From positions 84,533-148,532 of the forward strand of contig JBJDXQ010000022.1 in NCBI GenBank assembly GCA_051866745.1: a DNA stretch of 64,000 nucleotides, read 5' to 3'. Below, in pieces: positions 63,678 through 64,000 of the stretch (the stretch's first letter is position 1; every line of letters starts with the position of its first letter). This DNA comes from Candidatus Limivicinus sp. (GTDB lineage: Bacteria; Bacillota; Clostridia; Oscillospirales; Oscillospiraceae). Both the position numbers and the translations under genes were made by a program. Under the pieces are notes generated by a model that did no database searches, was not told where the DNA came from, and saw only the letters and a program-made list of their open reading frames with translations.

Positions 63678-64000
63678 TTATTTCCGTCCCGCCAGGCGGC
63701 AGACGCCGTAGGCCAGCAGGTCGGCAATGACGATGCTGGCCCCGGTGGGGGTCTCCAGGAAGTAGGAGGCCAGCAGGCCGGTCAAAAAGCAGAGCACCGA
63801 GATGCAGGCCGATGTCAGCACCACGGCCTTGAAGCTGCGGCAGATGCGCATGGCGGAGAGGGCAGGGAAGATGATCAGGCTGGAAATCAGCAGCGCCCCC
63901 ATCATCCGCATCCCCAGCACCACCGTGATGGCCGTCAGCACCGCCAGCAGGGTGTTGAACAGCTCCGTCTTTGTGCCGGTGGCCCGGCTGAAATTCTCGT
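63678..64000 (-). CDS. metal (Zn/Mn-type) ABC transporter permease, N-terminal part outside the window
   Basis: The C-terminal TM helices (GALLISSLIIFPALSAMR..., TPTGASIVI) are typical of ZnuB/MntB-type permeases. The frame stays open to the window edge. Confidence 0.8.
   Translation of the reverse strand, partial: ENFSRATGTKTELFNTLLAVLTAITVVLGMRMMGALLISSLIIFPALSAMRICRSFKAVVLTSACISVLCFLTGLLASYFLETPTGASIVIADLLAYGVCRLAGRK

Overview
High-GC, Clostridia-like (Oscillospiraceae-type by codon usage and gene content) chromosomal window, densely coded on both strands. About two thirds is housekeeping: a partial SDR, pdp, a hom/aspartate kinase/asd operon, an EF-G paralog, rlmB, birA-bioY, an HtrA protease, purF-purC, a MacB-type ABC exporter, DAHP synthase, a glpK glycerol cluster, guaB, prmA and tRNA-Thr/tRNA-Tyr. 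The standout is a molybdoenzyme island at about 33.2-50.6 kb. It holds a MOP-type molybdenum aldehyde oxidoreductase and a tightly coupled accessory operon: an HdrD-like flavo-FeS protein, a double-CxxC mini-protein, a small methyltransferase, a C-GCAxxG-C-C protein, a radical SAM enzyme and a PaaK-like adenylating ligase. A divergent operon encodes a MocA-like/ModE-HTH fusion and a histidine-phosphatase/HD fusion, and modABC plus a MoeA-related gene follow. None of the accessory genes belongs to canonical Moco biosynthesis, and no function is known to me. A strongly ribosome-bound 15-codon ORF ending in KCCCYGR sits at the head of this operon. The second theme is a family of about 250-bp palindromic MITE-like elements. 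Two copies are each flanked by a 31-32 bp direct duplication of a host terminator hairpin, and one of these lies inside the modABC operon. A third copy is rearranged and carries a perfect 76-bp tandem. A DUF559 (Vsr-like) endonuclease gene is bounded by inverted repeats of the same architecture and may be the autonomous partner. Smaller oddities are a terminator-insulated orphan MazF toxin, a degenerate P-type-ATPase-like protein with a roughly 385-aa acidic Tyr-rich N-terminus, a 21-bp duplicate of the tRNA-Tyr 3-prime end, and a second structured palindromic insert inside the oxidoreductase operon. All calls come from reading the sequence and the ORF track; no database search was possible.
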